The notes below the pieces were generated by a model. That model had not been told where the DNA came from, made no database searches, and was given only the letters and a program-made list of their open reading frames with translations. The position numbers and the translations under genes were made by a program. A stretch of 64,000 nt of DNA, from IMG/VR virus record IMGVR_UViG_3300025098_000012, positions 162,699-226,698 of that record, one strand, 5' to 3'. Shown here one piece after another: positions 17,348 through 27,366 of this stretch; the stretch's first letter is position 1; each line of letters begins with the position of its first letter.

Positions 17348-17639
17348 TCCTCTCAAAAAGGGTTCTAGGGTCTTTGACCGTCTCCAAAATAACCTCATCG
17401 CCATCGCTCCCACAAGCGTCTTTCCCGATGAGTGTTCCTTGTCGGGTAGCTCTCACAAATAGGTGTTGAGAAATCCAAAACATACGAGAGTCATGTTTTG
17501 TTGATTTTAACCCACACTCAGAAAGAGCGTTGGTGATGACGATGAGGGTCATCATCTCATGTTCAGATTTTTGAATCTCGGTCAGTCCGTAAGCAGACCA
17601 CTCCCTTCGACCATTAACTTTCTCGGTGAGCGTATTCAT
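17316..17639 (-). CDS. Hypothetical protein, DGxRxW paralog 3
   Basis: NGRREWSAYGL ... LFERIRVIW. Confidence 0.65.
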   Translation of the reverse strand: MNTLTEKVNGRREWSAYGLTEIQKSEHEMMTLIVITNALSECGLKSTKHDSRMFWISQHLFVRATRQGTLIGKDACGSDGDEVILETVKDPRTLFERIRVIWGNRYP

Positions 17640-17823
17640 TCCTAATGTACCTCAACTTTGCTTCATACTCATCATTTGCAAACAATACATCAATCTCTAC
17701 TTGTGCTTGAGAGGGTGATGACTGCACGATTTTTTCTGCTTCAAGGTCAAGATGATCCAAAGGCTTTGCAGAACCAGTGATGCGAGCATAGGTGTAAGAT
17801 TGAATTAGTTGGTCGATGTTCAT
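17614..17823 (-). CDS. Hypothetical protein
   Basis: GGAGG RBS supports the MNIDQL start at 17823. Confidence 0.6.
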   Translation of the reverse strand: MNIDQLIQSYTYARITGSAKPLDHLDLEAEKIVQSSPSQAQVEIDVLFANDEYEAKLRYIRNEYAHRES

Positions 17824-17845
17824 TTCTTCCTCCATAAGTGGGTGG

Positions 17846-18097
17846 TTAAGACTCGTTATATGATTTAACATCTTCCATCCCATAAGTCCGTACACCTTCT
17901 TTAGCAAACTCACGAGCGATAAGATACTCAGCGAGCTGTCCATTCAGCGTTTCTATACGCTCATCTACATACTCATAAGGGTCATTTCTCTCTTTCCAAC
18001 CTTCGTACCAGTCAATCATCCTTTGGTGTGCTTCGATTTGTGCGTTGATATGATCTATTTTAGATATGTCTATTGTGTATCTTAGTAAAGGGTTCAA
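17846..18097 (-). CDS. Hypothetical protein
   Basis: TTG start with AAGGAGG RBS. Confidence 0.65.
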   Translation of the reverse strand: MNPLLRYTIDISKIDHINAQIEAHQRMIDWYEGWKERNDPYEYVDERIETLNGQLAEYLIAREFAKEGVRTYGMEDVKSYNES

Positions 18098-18145
18098 TAG
18101 ATACCTCCTTGTAGTTCATTTATAATACCACTAAAGAAAAGGAGA

Positions 18146-19579
18146 ATGAATATGCCTACACCACAAGAAGAAAGAAAAATCTCTGCGTTTCAACGCAAAG
18201 CCCTCACAGCTTTTAGGTCGCTTTTGAAAGACCTCAAAAGTTATGGTGCTCAAGCTAAGTCCGAGCATAAAGGTCGAGGACAAGCTGTTATCAATAAGAG
18301 AAAAAGACACATAGTTAAGTCGATTAAGACGCTCCCTCAAGTTCTCACCTTCATGGAGAAGTTTGTCGGATCAGACGAAGTGAGCGATAAAGCATACTCT
18401 TGGAGGAACACTACCCTTTATCTCATTCGTGATCACTTGGCAGGTCAAAAGACGCTAAAAGAGGTGAGCGAGACATTCAAAAAAAACAGCATCCGATCCT
18501 TCAAAGCACTAGAAATCCACAAGAGACAAGCACCTCTTAAGTCAATCATCCCTGTAGAGCTTAGAGCTTACTTACCCGACACAATCACTATTGATGTAGA
18601 CGATGAGGGATATATTAAGACGATCAACGATATGTTCGGCAATAAGACTTACACTTTAGCCGAGAAGATCAAGTCTCAAAAGAAGCTCATCAAAAAGTAC
18701 AACACAATCGTTAAGCTCATTAAAAGGGATCTCAAATCGAGAGATGAGATGACTAAGTTATCTGCAATCATCACTTCAATCATCATGGAAACAGGGATAA
18801 GACCAGGACAGATTGGAAATGGGATTGTAGAAACAGTAGACGACCAAGAAGTTCAAGTTGAAACCTTCGGAGCGATCACGCTGAACACATCTCATGTTAG
18901 CTTTGTGAGGAATAACTTTGCCGAGCTAAGTTTCAGAGGGAAGATGGGAACTGTAAACACAGCGTCCATCTCAAACTCAGCAATCGTCAAAGTGCTGAAA
19001 GATTATGTGGATAATGCTCTTTCATCTGGTTCAGATTACATTTTCATTACGAGTGAAGGTGAAAGGTTCACCTACCAAGACCTCATAAAATACTTTAGGA
19101 CTAACTTTAAGGGATTTAAGATCACTGATTTTAGGAAACTAAGGGCGACACAAGAAGTTTTTGACGGACTCCAAGAAGAAAGAGATTCAATGCTTCGGAG
19201 GATTAAAGAGGTCGCAGAGATGGAGACAGAGGATTTGACTCAGCGTGTTGTTGAGATCGTAGCCGAAACGATCAATAAAGCACACGAGAGGGCACAAGTG
19301 GCTTTGAGCCACGATAGTGGAACAACGACTAAGAAATCGTACATCAACCCCGAAGTTCTACTAAGGTTCTTGAGTACAGCTTCAATGCAAAGCACTCTCA
19401 AAGAGAGCATTACGACAGGTAAGACAAAGCTCCACTTTGACCCTATGATGTTCGTTCGAGAGGCGACTCGAACAGCAGGATTGCGTATGATTTCTGCATC
19501 GGGGAGGACGCTAGAGAGTATAGATACAATCATTGATATGTTAGAGCATATTTTTGATGGTGGTATAGTAGAAGGTTGA
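18146..19579 (+). CDS. DNA topoisomerase IB-like enzyme
   Basis: Catalytic pentad-like motifs GIRPG, FRGKMG, DFRKLRAT, LSH, KKSYINP; late motif at 18111; the start may be 18152. Confidence 0.8.
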   Translation: MNMPTPQEERKISAFQRKALTAFRSLLKDLKSYGAQAKSEHKGRGQAVINKRKRHIVKSIKTLPQVLTFMEKFVGSDEVSDKAYSWRNTTLYLIRDHLAGQKTLKEVSETFKKNSIRSFKALEIHKRQAPLKSIIPVELRAYLPDTITIDVDDEGYIKTINDMFGNKTYTLAEKIKSQKKLIKKYNTIVKLIKRDLKSRDEMTKLSAIITSIIMETGIRPGQIGNGIVETVDDQEVQVETFGAITLNTSHVSFVRNNFAELSFRGKMGTVNTASISNSAIVKVLKDYVDNALSSGSDYIFITSEGERFTYQDLIKYFRTNFKGFKITDFRKLRATQEVFDGLQEERDSMLRRIKEVAEMETEDLTQRVVEIVAETINKAHERAQVALSHDSGTTTKKSYINPEVLLRFLSTASMQSTLKESITTGKTKLHFDPMMFVREATRTAGLRMISASGRTLESIDTIIDMLEHIFDGGIVEG

Positions 19580-19601
19580 AACCCTAAAAAGAGGATGTGT
19601 T

Positions 19602-20225
19602 ATGACTAACATTAATGGCATCAAGACCGACCCGAATAAACAAAGAGGCAAGAACACATTTGGTGGAGGGAATGAAAATTCTCTTTACATTCCGATGTCG
19701 GACATCGAGCAAGAGTTCATCGCTCGTCTTGTTGAGCAGGGAGAAATCTTGGTCGAGTTTCATGGTTGGGGTACGGTTCAGCCTATCGTGACCTTTGGTG
19801 ATAAGGTCATCCATGCTCACATTAAAATCTTGTTCCATAATGCTCCCCCTCCCCCTGGCAAACCTGTTCCTTTCTTTGACATGGATCTTCGGACTCAATC
19901 GGGGATCAGTCTCTACAGACAAAAGATGCCGACATCTTATGGCAACACACCAATCACCATCTCTAACGAGGTTGAACTTGAAATGGTGTGGGATATAGCC
20001 CTCAAATATATTGATCCGAAGCTCATCAAGACGCTCATGCCCCAAGTGAGAGGGTTTACGACAAGGCTTGAAGATCGAGATACGCACGACATCACTGTAA
20101 CTGGTAATATGAGACTTAATAAAGAGCAGGTTAAGTCAGCTCATAGCCTTCATCAGAGCGAACAGAACATCAAAGTATATGATGAAAATAAGCTCGCTGA
20201 GTCGATCACTAAAATCTCAAAGTAA
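19602..20225 (+). CDS. Hypothetical protein
   Basis: GAGG RBS; 207-aa ORF. Confidence 0.7.
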   Translation: MTNINGIKTDPNKQRGKNTFGGGNENSLYIPMSDIEQEFIARLVEQGEILVEFHGWGTVQPIVTFGDKVIHAHIKILFHNAPPPPGKPVPFFDMDLRTQSGISLYRQKMPTSYGNTPITISNEVELEMVWDIALKYIDPKLIKTLMPQVRGFTTRLEDRDTHDITVTGNMRLNKEQVKSAHSLHQSEQNIKVYDENKLAESITKISK

Positions 20226-20561
20226 TAGTCTATAGGGGTGTTTATCCCACTTAACTTTAACTGCACCTTTAGGGAGAGTACATTCAGTTCTCTTGTCTTT
20301 ATCTAGGTAGTAGACCTTACGATTAGAAGATTTCTCGTAGTATTTACTCCCTAGCCGATAGAGAGTCCACTTTAGATTGTGCTTGGCTTTTAGTATGAGA
20401 TTGCTTGGGTATAGTTCTTCAAGAATGTAGCCCATTTCATCCTCATACTCTTTAAGAGACTTATATCGCTTCTCTCCATCTTGAGAGTTCACATAACAAG
20501 ACTCATTTTTATAGACTATAAATACATCGTCTTTCATGTTGTATGTAAGAACGGATTTCAT
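20217..20561 (-). CDS. Hypothetical protein
   Basis: ORF from MKSVLTYN; start uncertain. Confidence 0.5.
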   Translation of the reverse strand: MKSVLTYNMKDDVFIVYKNESCYVNSQDGEKRYKSLKEYEDEMGYILEELYPSNLILKAKHNLKWTLYRLGSKYYEKSSNRKVYYLDKDKRTECTLPKGAVKVKWDKHPYRLLL

Positions 20562-20575
20562 AAAGGTAGACTCCC

Positions 20576-21241
20576 ATGAAGATTTTGATTGTAAGCACAA
20601 CCACGCATAGGGATAAATCAACTAGCAAAATGGTGCTAAGTAAACTGTCAGATAAACTAAATGAAAAGCATGATATAGACTTCATTGATGCAAATGATCT
20701 TCACATCGTTCCTAATCTTAGTTGTTATTCTGATGGGAAAATGAACTGTGCTAATCCAGACGCAGGTAAATATAGATGTTGGGCACATAAACTTAGTCAT
20801 GACAACCCCGATGATTATCGGGGGAAAGATGAGATGAACATCATTTATGACGCTTTAGATTGGTGCGACTTGGTAATATGGGGAACGAGTGTTCGTTGGG
20901 GTAGTCATTCAGCCTTGATGCAGAAGATCATAGAGCGTATGAATACCCTTGAAAACCAACAAACAGTATATGGAGAGAAGAACCCTTTAGAGGGTAAGAA
21001 ATGTGGTGTTGTGGTAACTGGACAGCATTATAAGGCACAATCGGTATCTGAACACCTCATCACACAGTTCGGGTGGATTGGTTTTGATACAGACCCCTCT
21101 TATGTTTTGACTTGGCAGAAATCCCAAGACATACACCTAGAGCAAGAAGATGATAACAACGACCCTCTTGAAGCATATCTCAAATCTAAAGAGGGCAAGG
21201 CACAAGTAGATAACTTCCTTTCATTCATGGAGATCAAATGA
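20576..21241 (+). CDS. Flavodoxin-fold NAD(P)H-dependent FMN reductase / iron-sulfur flavoprotein
   Basis: IVSTTTHR...STS, CYSDG..NC...[39 protein letters not shown]. Confidence 0.75.
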   Translation: MKILIVSTTTHRDKSTSKMVLSKLSDKLNEKHDIDFIDANDLHIVPNLSCYSDGKMNCANPDAGKYRCWAHKLSHDNPDDYRGKDEMNIIYDALDWCDLVIWGTSVRWGSHSALMQKIIERMNTLENQQTVYGEKNPLEGKKCGVVVTGQHYKAQSVSEHLITQFGWIGFDTDPSYVLTWQKSQDIHLEQEDDNNDPLEAYLKSKEGKAQVDNFLSFMEIK

Positions 21242-22722
21242 GAATCGAAACAGACTTTAAACTCGACTTTAAAGATGTGTTGTTTAAGCCTAAGAGGTCT
21301 ACCCTCACATCACGCAAAGATGTGAAACTATCTAGGGAGATTAAACTCCCTCACAGTAAAAGAATATGGGAGGGTGTACCTATAGTAGCCGCTAATATGG
21401 ACACCGTAGCTACCTTTGAAGCAGGTAAAGTCCTCACCGACCTCCACATGATGGTCTGTCTCCATAAGCATTACACCGAAGAACGATACATGGAGATATA
21501 TGATTGGGTGTATTCCAATCAAGGATGTGGCTACGCTCCATATTGGGCTTACTCTATGGGTATCTCAGACGAAGAATTTGATAGACTTGTGCGTATTCAA
21601 GATAAGACCAATGGAATGATCCTCACGATCTGCATTGATGTGGCTAATGGGTATACAGAGCGTTTCATTGAGTTTGTCGCTAAGGTAAGGAAAAAGTATC
21701 CACTCTCCATCATCATCGCAGGGAATGTAGTCACAGCAGAAATCACTGAACAGTTGATCTTAGCAGGTGCTGACATCGTAAAGGTTGGGATTGGTTCGGG
21801 ATGCTTCGTTGCTGGTACACCTATCCTCACCAATAATGGACTCAAGGCGATTGAGGAAGTTGAGGTAGGAGATAAAGTAATGACTCACATGGGTCGTGAG
21901 CGTACTGTGTCGAACACCTTCACCCATACCGATAAGAATCTACTCGTTAATGTGAATGGTATCAAAGCGACACCAAACCATGAGTTCTATGTGGTACATA
22001 AGTCTGATGCAGATAAGGTGAATGACGAGAACATCCATGAGTACGCAAAGTGGGTTCGAGCTGATGAACTGACCTATTCACATTATCTTTTAGAAGCACC
22101 CTCATTTAGTCTCATAGAAATCAATACCCTAGAAACAGAACCTAACCCATCGGGGATCGCCTATGACCTTGAGGTCGAGGAAGATCACTCATATACGATT
22201 GGGGAGAATAGGACTGTAGTTCATAACTCAGCGTGTACGACCAGAATACAGGCAGGTGTAGGTTATCCACAGTTAAGTGCTGTTATTGAGTGTGCTGATG
22301 CCGCTCATGGTTTAGGTGGACGCATCATGTCAGATGGTGGTTGTACCTGTCCTGGTGATGTAGCTAAGGCATTTGGTGGTGGAGCTGACTATGTGATGCT
22401 TGGGGGTATGCTCGCAGGACACACCGAGAACCTTAGACTTGATGAAGATGGAAACGCACTCTTCTATGGTATGTCATCAGACACAGCCATGAACAAGTAT
22501 CATGGTGGTGTTAATGACTATCGTTCGTCAGAAGGACGCACAGTAGCCATTGAGCGTAAAGGTTCAATCAAAGATACCCTCCAAGACATACTTGGAGGCA
22601 TCCGATCAACCTGTACTTATATTGGTGCAAGCGAGCTAAGAGAACTGAGTAAATGCACGACATTCATTCGTGTTCGTCAGCAATATAACTCTGTGTTTGA
22701 GTCTAGGACGCTTAAGTCTTAG
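21238..22722 (+). CDS. guaC: GMP reductase (type 1) containing an intein
   Basis: [44 protein letters not shown]|[45 protein letters not shown]. Confidence 0.9.
   Translation: MRIETDFKLDFKDVLFKPKRSTLTSRKDVKLSREIKLPHSKRIWEGVPIVAANMDTVATFEAGKVLTDLHMMVCLHKHYTEERYMEIYDWVYSNQGCGYAPYWAYSMGISDEEFDRLVRIQDKTNGMILTICIDVANGYTERFIEFVAKVRKKYPLSIIIAGNVVTAEITEQLILAGADIVKVGIGSGCFVAGTPILTNNGLKAIEEVEVGDKVMTHMGRERTVSNTFTHTDKNLLVNVNGIKATPNHEFYVVHKSDADKVNDENIHEYAKWVRADELTYSHYLLEAPSFSLIEINTLETEPNPSGIAYDLEVEEDHSYTIGENRTVVHNSACTTRIQAGVGYPQLSAVIECADAAHGLGGRIMSDGGCTCPGDVAKAFGGGADYVMLGGMLAGHTENLRLDEDGNALFYGMSSDTAMNKYHGGVNDYRSSEGRTVAIERKGSIKDTLQDILGGIRSTCTYIGASELRELSKCTTFIRVRQQYNSVFESRTLKS
21802..22227 (+). mobile_element. 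Mini-intein (142 aa, no endonuclease)
   Basis: Starts [10 protein letters not shown]; block B ATPNHEF; [11 protein letters not shown]; ends VVHN before Ser+1. Confidence 0.92.
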
Positions 22723-22985
22723 TAAGCACCTGCGATGTGCTTGATTTCTTCTTCAACCCTCATGGAGAGCGTATACCAACGCTCTGCTAAGTCAGCATAG
22801 TAGCGATCCTCCACATCTCCTCTGAATGAAGGCATCTTTTCAAGTTCACGCTCCATCTCTTGCATAGCCTTTAAGACTTTTTCTGCCGACTTACGAATCG
22901 GTGTTGAAGATTGCTTCTGTTCAAGTCTAGCAATCCTAGACTCAAGATTTCTTATCGTTTCTTCCGCTGTTCTTCTCATGTTCAT
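22719..22985 (-). CDS. MRRxA-leader protein
   Basis: [26 protein letters not shown]; ATGA-coupled to the SOD stop. Confidence 0.7.
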   Translation of the reverse strand: MNMRRTAEETIRNLESRIARLEQKQSSTPIRKSAEKVLKAMQEMERELEKMPSFRGDVEDRYYADLAERWYTLSMRVEEEIKHIAGAY

Positions 22986-23593
22986 AATCCTTTCGAGGCA
23001 TAGCCCCAACTTAATAGATTGTCGATTACTTGCTCTAGGAACTCTTTACGACCATTCTCATAGTCGGGGTAATAAGCGTGTTCCCATAGGTCAATGGTTA
23101 AGATAGGTCGATGACCTCTCATCATTGGTGTGTTTTGATTTAGAGTCGAATAAACTCTAAGCTCGCCTGTCTTAGTCTCGGCTAACCAAACCCAACCAGA
23201 ACCGAAATGACTCGTTCCTTCAAGGATAAGTTCATCTCTAAGTTCTGAGTATCCACCAAAAGTCTTATTAACTTTACCTTGAAAAGATCTTGAGGTGTCC
23301 TCATATCTAATAGGTTTAGGGGAGAGACAGTTCCAATAAAAAGCATGGTTCCAGACACCACCACCAAAGTCGATTACAGACTGTTTGATTTCTTGTGGTA
23401 TCCACTTTGGGTTAGATATGAGTTGATAGAGGCTACCTACTCGTTCAAGCATTTCTGGATATTGCTCAAGAGTCGTATTGAGCTTATCTACATATCCTTT
23501 CTGGTGTGAAAGGTGATGTAGCCTCATAGCCTTTTCAGAGATAATAGGCTCAAGAGCGTCATACTTATATGGTAGTGGTTGTAGTTTAATCAT
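22982..23593 (-). CDS. sod: Fe/Mn superoxide dismutase (Mn-type residues)
   Basis: LHHLSHQKGYV, GGGVWNH, FGSGWVWL, NQN, DLWEHAYY. Confidence 0.93.
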   Translation of the reverse strand: MIKLQPLPYKYDALEPIISEKAMRLHHLSHQKGYVDKLNTTLEQYPEMLERVGSLYQLISNPKWIPQEIKQSVIDFGGGVWNHAFYWNCLSPKPIRYEDTSRSFQGKVNKTFGGYSELRDELILEGTSHFGSGWVWLAETKTGELRVYSTLNQNTPMMRGHRPILTIDLWEHAYYPDYENGRKEFLEQVIDNLLSWGYASKGL

Positions 23594-23607
23594 ATTAAGA
23601 TCCTACT

Positions 23608-24156
23608 TTATGGTCGTTTAAGTATAGCTAGGCATAATCCAGATGAAGGGTATTTACGACCTAGTGATGCCCATACTCGTTTAGCATCATTGCTAGTTGA
23701 ACCTGTTTCCATACAACCATCTGGAACAAATATAAAAGGCTGACCTACTTTATTCCAGTAAGTTCTAGCAAAAGTAAGGTACATATCAGTTCCTATTTTC
23801 TTACCTTTGTATTCATCTTTAATTGCAGTATTGTAAACTGAAAGGATAGGGGCATAAGGTCTATCCTTCCAATCATTCTGAACAAGGTGCGGGTATTTGT
23901 TCAAAAGTTTTTGAACATCATTAGAACATTTTAGGCTCTCAACCTGTGATATGTCTTGCCCCATGATAGGGTTTAGTTTTTTTTCATTTAACCCACCTTG
24001 TATTTGACCAATGCGTTTACGACCATGAAAAATGACAAGTTGATAAAAACTCCCAACATTACCCTTAACAGTGTACTTGATCTTTTCATCTCTCAATGGG
24101 TTAGCTATCTCTAATCTCTTTGCATATTTACTAGCTACTCTTTGATATGGTTTCAT
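23608..24156 (-). CDS. GNAT-like acetyltransferase with RVA tag
   Basis: MKPYQRVASKY start; IKDEYKGKKIGTDMY acetyl-CoA-motif-like segment; SNDAKRVWASL; late motif at 24196. Confidence 0.55.
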   Translation of the reverse strand: MKPYQRVASKYAKRLEIANPLRDEKIKYTVKGNVGSFYQLVIFHGRKRIGQIQGGLNEKKLNPIMGQDISQVESLKCSNDVQKLLNKYPHLVQNDWKDRPYAPILSVYNTAIKDEYKGKKIGTDMYLTFARTYWNKVGQPFIFVPDGCMETGSTSNDAKRVWASLGRKYPSSGLCLAILKRP

Positions 24157-24223
24157 CTGTTTATTCCTTATATGCCTAATCATATAAGTATAGTGATAAA
24201 TAAACTATTGAAAGGTTAAATCT

Positions 24224-25198
24224 ATGATAAAGCTACTATGGAGAACCGATGTCCACATGGGGGATAAAACACCACGCAGACGCACAGGGAACTGGACGGA
24301 TGATGTGGTCAACAAGCTCAAGTGGATTGGTGATCTCGCTAAAGATAAAGAGATTGATGCTGTTCTTGATGGAGGAGACTTCTTTGATGTCAAATCACCT
24401 ACCAAGAATAGCCATAGTTTAGTCCGTAAAGCGTGTGAAGCACATGAGCATTACCCTTGCCCTACTTATGGTCTAGTCGGCAACCACGATGTAAAATATG
24501 GGAACATAGACTACCTACCCGAACAGCCTCTAGGTGTCCTATTCTCATCGGGTGTGTTCAAGCAGTTTGGGGATGATGTAGAAATCAACTTTGAAAAAGA
24601 TGGTGTCAAAGTTCGTGTCGTGGGTGTGCCTTATCATGGTGTCATCTATGACTTTGATCGGCTCAAAAACATAAAGAAGAAAGATGAAGACTACCTGTTA
24701 GTAGCTTGCCACTTGTTAGCCCGACAAGGTAAGACAGGATCTATGTTTGAGAATGAGGATATAATCGGATATGACTTCCTCAACGAAAACACAGAGGTTG
24801 ACGGTTGGTTCTTTGGTCATTGGCACAAAGACCAAGGGATCTCCACGCTCTTAAATGGAGCGAGGGTAGTCAATGTAGGGTCATTAACTAGAGGCTCTTT
24901 GCACCTTGATGACTTAGACCGTAGACCTTGTGTGGTAGAGGTTCAAGCGACCAAAGAGTCGCTTAACTTCATCAGACACGATGTTCCTGTACGAGATGCC
25001 AATGAGGTATTCAAAATAGAGGAAACAGTGCGTGAGAAGGAAGATAAGCAACGCATGGAGGACATCGTAGACAAGATGAAAGCTGTAGCCACATCGGGTT
25101 GGTCTGAACTGACTCTTAAAGAGCGTGTAATGCAGACTATGGGTTCAAATGGAGCTAAGGAGATGGCTATCTCTTACCTTGAACGAGTCGAGGAATAA
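24224..25198 (+). CDS. SbcD/Mre11-like metallophosphoesterase nuclease
   Basis: DVH, GGDFFD, GNHD, HLLA, GHWH motifs. Confidence 0.82.
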   Translation: MIKLLWRTDVHMGDKTPRRRTGNWTDDVVNKLKWIGDLAKDKEIDAVLDGGDFFDVKSPTKNSHSLVRKACEAHEHYPCPTYGLVGNHDVKYGNIDYLPEQPLGVLFSSGVFKQFGDDVEINFEKDGVKVRVVGVPYHGVIYDFDRLKNIKKKDEDYLLVACHLLARQGKTGSMFENEDIIGYDFLNENTEVDGWFFGHWHKDQGISTLLNGARVVNVGSLTRGSLHLDDLDRRPCVVEVQATKESLNFIRHDVPVRDANEVFKIEETVREKEDKQRMEDIVDKMKAVATSGWSELTLKERVMQTMGSNGAKEMAISYLERVEE

Positions 25199-25239
25199 GA
25201 TTAAAGAGATCACTTATGAGGGGGGGTGTAAATAAACTA

Positions 25240-26097
25240 TTAATAGCGATCTTTATCAATAGCGTCTTGGTCAATCTCAACAAAGATACCGTACTCTACC
25301 TCAGCCAAAACATGAGCGATGATATGTCTATCGTCCTTAATCTCTAAACCTCTGACCATGTAGTCATGCTCAAGGATCTCAATGTGAGTGAGGTTGTGAT
25401 ACTCTGGTATATCGTATTCGACCTCATGCTGTACATCACCAAAAGCGAGATTAAGCTGATCGTCATCCATATTCCTAAGAATGTTGCCCTTGATGTTCTT
25501 GGTGATAGCATCACAAAGATTTCTTACTGAACTCGGATCATCATCGAGGTACATATCAGCAAGGTTCATATCAGCAAGGTTCTCAAGCTCGTCTAGCTCA
25601 ACCTCAATAGCCATCTTAACAAGAAGACCTGTAGTACCCTCAATAGAATCATTTTCGGGGTAATTTGGACTGCTTGGGTGAAGCGAAGAAGGAACTTCCA
25701 CCTCGATCTCGCCCTTAACTTTTTTGAGTTCCATTTTGAGTACATCACCATCTACTATTAAAGAAGAGAGAGCGTGTAAAAACTTGTTTGCTTCCTTTTT
25801 GCTTGTGCCTGGAAGCAATGTTTGAACTGCTTGTAGTCCTGTACCTGCGAGTTTATTTCGTGCAGTACGACTAGTAATCCTGTCTGCATCCCGATCAGAG
25901 AGATACATATCTGCATCCCGATCATAATACTTTCCCTCACTAGGGTCATAATAAAGGATCTCCCCTCCTTTAAACTGAAATGGACCTTCCATTCCCTTTA
26001 ATGGGGTGTAGCGATCTTGGTCAAGGCGAGGCATACGGAACTTTCCCATCATTTCTTCGTGGTGTCTTTTAGCTGACGCTTTTCTAATTGAAGCCAT
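25240..26097 (-). CDS. Two-module late protein
   Basis: EGPFQFKGGEILYYDPSEGKYYDRDADMYL module, then RTARNKLAG boundary and an acidic module; late motif at 26141. Confidence 0.7.
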   Translation of the reverse strand: MASIRKASAKRHHEEMMGKFRMPRLDQDRYTPLKGMEGPFQFKGGEILYYDPSEGKYYDRDADMYLSDRDADRITSRTARNKLAGTGLQAVQTLLPGTSKKEANKFLHALSSLIVDGDVLKMELKKVKGEIEVEVPSSLHPSSPNYPENDSIEGTTGLLVKMAIEVELDELENLADMNLADMYLDDDPSSVRNLCDAITKNIKGNILRNMDDDQLNLAFGDVQHEVEYDIPEYHNLTHIEILEHDYMVRGLEIKDDRHIIAHVLAEVEYGIFVEIDQDAIDKDRY

Positions 26098-26172
26098 AAT
26101 ACACTTCCTTTCTAATTTTCCTGTTCATAACTTGGTATCAATAAATAAACTATTAAAGAAAGGACTTTGAAA

Positions 26173-27366
26173 ATGACTCAAGTGATCGCAGTAATAGGTG
26201 GACAATGGGGCGATGAGGGTAAAGGAAAAATCGTTGATTTTTTGTCGCACAAAGCTGACTACTGTATACGCTTTCAAGGAGGAAGCAATGCAGGACACAC
26301 CATCATTTTTGGAGGTGAAACATACAAGCTCCGACTTCTACCTTCTGGTGTACTCAGAGGAGCTAAAGGTGTACTTGGTGCAGGTATGGCAATCAACCTC
26401 GATGTCTTACAAGGCGAGTTTGATATGCTATGTGGGATGGTTGGATATGAAGAAGCAAGTAAGAGGGTTCTGATTGATCATCGTGCTCATCTTATTCTCC
26501 CCATCCATATTCAAGTGGATACCGAACGAGAAGAGAAATCTTCCAATCGCATCGGAACAACACGAAACGGAATCGGTGTCTGTTATGAGGATAAAGCAAG
26601 ACGCATTGGGTTGAGAGTAGGAGATTTGCTTGACCCATCAACATGGAATGAGAAAGTCAAACTCATAGCTGAAGCTCATGGTGGGTATTCATCTTCTCTC
26701 GTAAAAGAAGAAATCTTATTGAAGTTAGAGAGGTGGAGGGAGAGCTGGATACCTTTTATTTATGACAACCTCTCTTTAAAGCTCCATGAAGCGATGAATG
26801 GTGGTGTTGATAAGGTTATTATTGAGGGTGCTCAAGGAACTTTCCTCGACATCTCACATGGAACATACCCATTCGTAACAAGTTCAACCACGATTGCAGG
26901 TGGCATCAGTGCAGGTATTGGATGTGCATTACCTCGTGATGCAGAAATCATTGGAGTAGTGAAAGCCTATTGCACACGAGTCGGTGCTGGTCCTTTCGGG
27001 TTAGAGGACACAGGTGAGCTTGGTGAGCGTTTGAGAAGCAAAGGTGGAGAGTTTGGTGTGGTCACAGGTCGAGCTAGACGCTGTGGTTGGAACTCACTAC
27101 CCATGCTTAAACACGCTCAAGTCTTAAATGGGTTCACCTCACTAGCCATCACCAAAGTAGATGTGCTTGATGGGTTTAGTGAGGTGAGGATCGGATTGGA
27201 GGGTGGCATGAAAGTCTTTGAAGGGTGGGATAACTCGGCAGGAGTTCAAGACTACTCCTTCCTCCATGCAAATCTCAAAGAGTATATTGATTACATCAAT
27301 GAGAATGTAGTCCCTGTGTCGATCATCTCAACAGGTGCTGATAGAGAAGATACGATCTTCGTTTAA
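26173..27366 (+). CDS. purA: Adenylosuccinate synthetase
   Basis: QWGDEGKGK, GGSNAGHT, GTTRNGIG, EGAQG, YPFVTSS, TGRARRCGW, TKVDVL. Confidence 0.93.
   Translation: MTQVIAVIGGQWGDEGKGKIVDFLSHKADYCIRFQGGSNAGHTIIFGGETYKLRLLPSGVLRGAKGVLGAGMAINLDVLQGEFDMLCGMVGYEEASKRVLIDHRAHLILPIHIQVDTEREEKSSNRIGTTRNGIGVCYEDKARRIGLRVGDLLDPSTWNEKVKLIAEAHGGYSSSLVKEEILLKLERWRESWIPFIYDNLSLKLHEAMNGGVDKVIIEGAQGTFLDISHGTYPFVTSSTTIAGGISAGIGCALPRDAEIIGVVKAYCTRVGAGPFGLEDTGELGERLRSKGGEFGVVTGRARRCGWNSLPMLKHAQVLNGFTSLAITKVDVLDGFSEVRIGLEGGMKVFEGWDNSAGVQDYSFLHANLKEYIDYINENVVPVSIISTGADREDTIFV

Noticed and set aside
26173-27366. PurZ (2-aminoadenine genome) interpretation
   Set aside because: The catalytic Asp is retained in GDEGKGK as in canonical PurA; PurZ has Ser there, and no datZ/mazZ is seen
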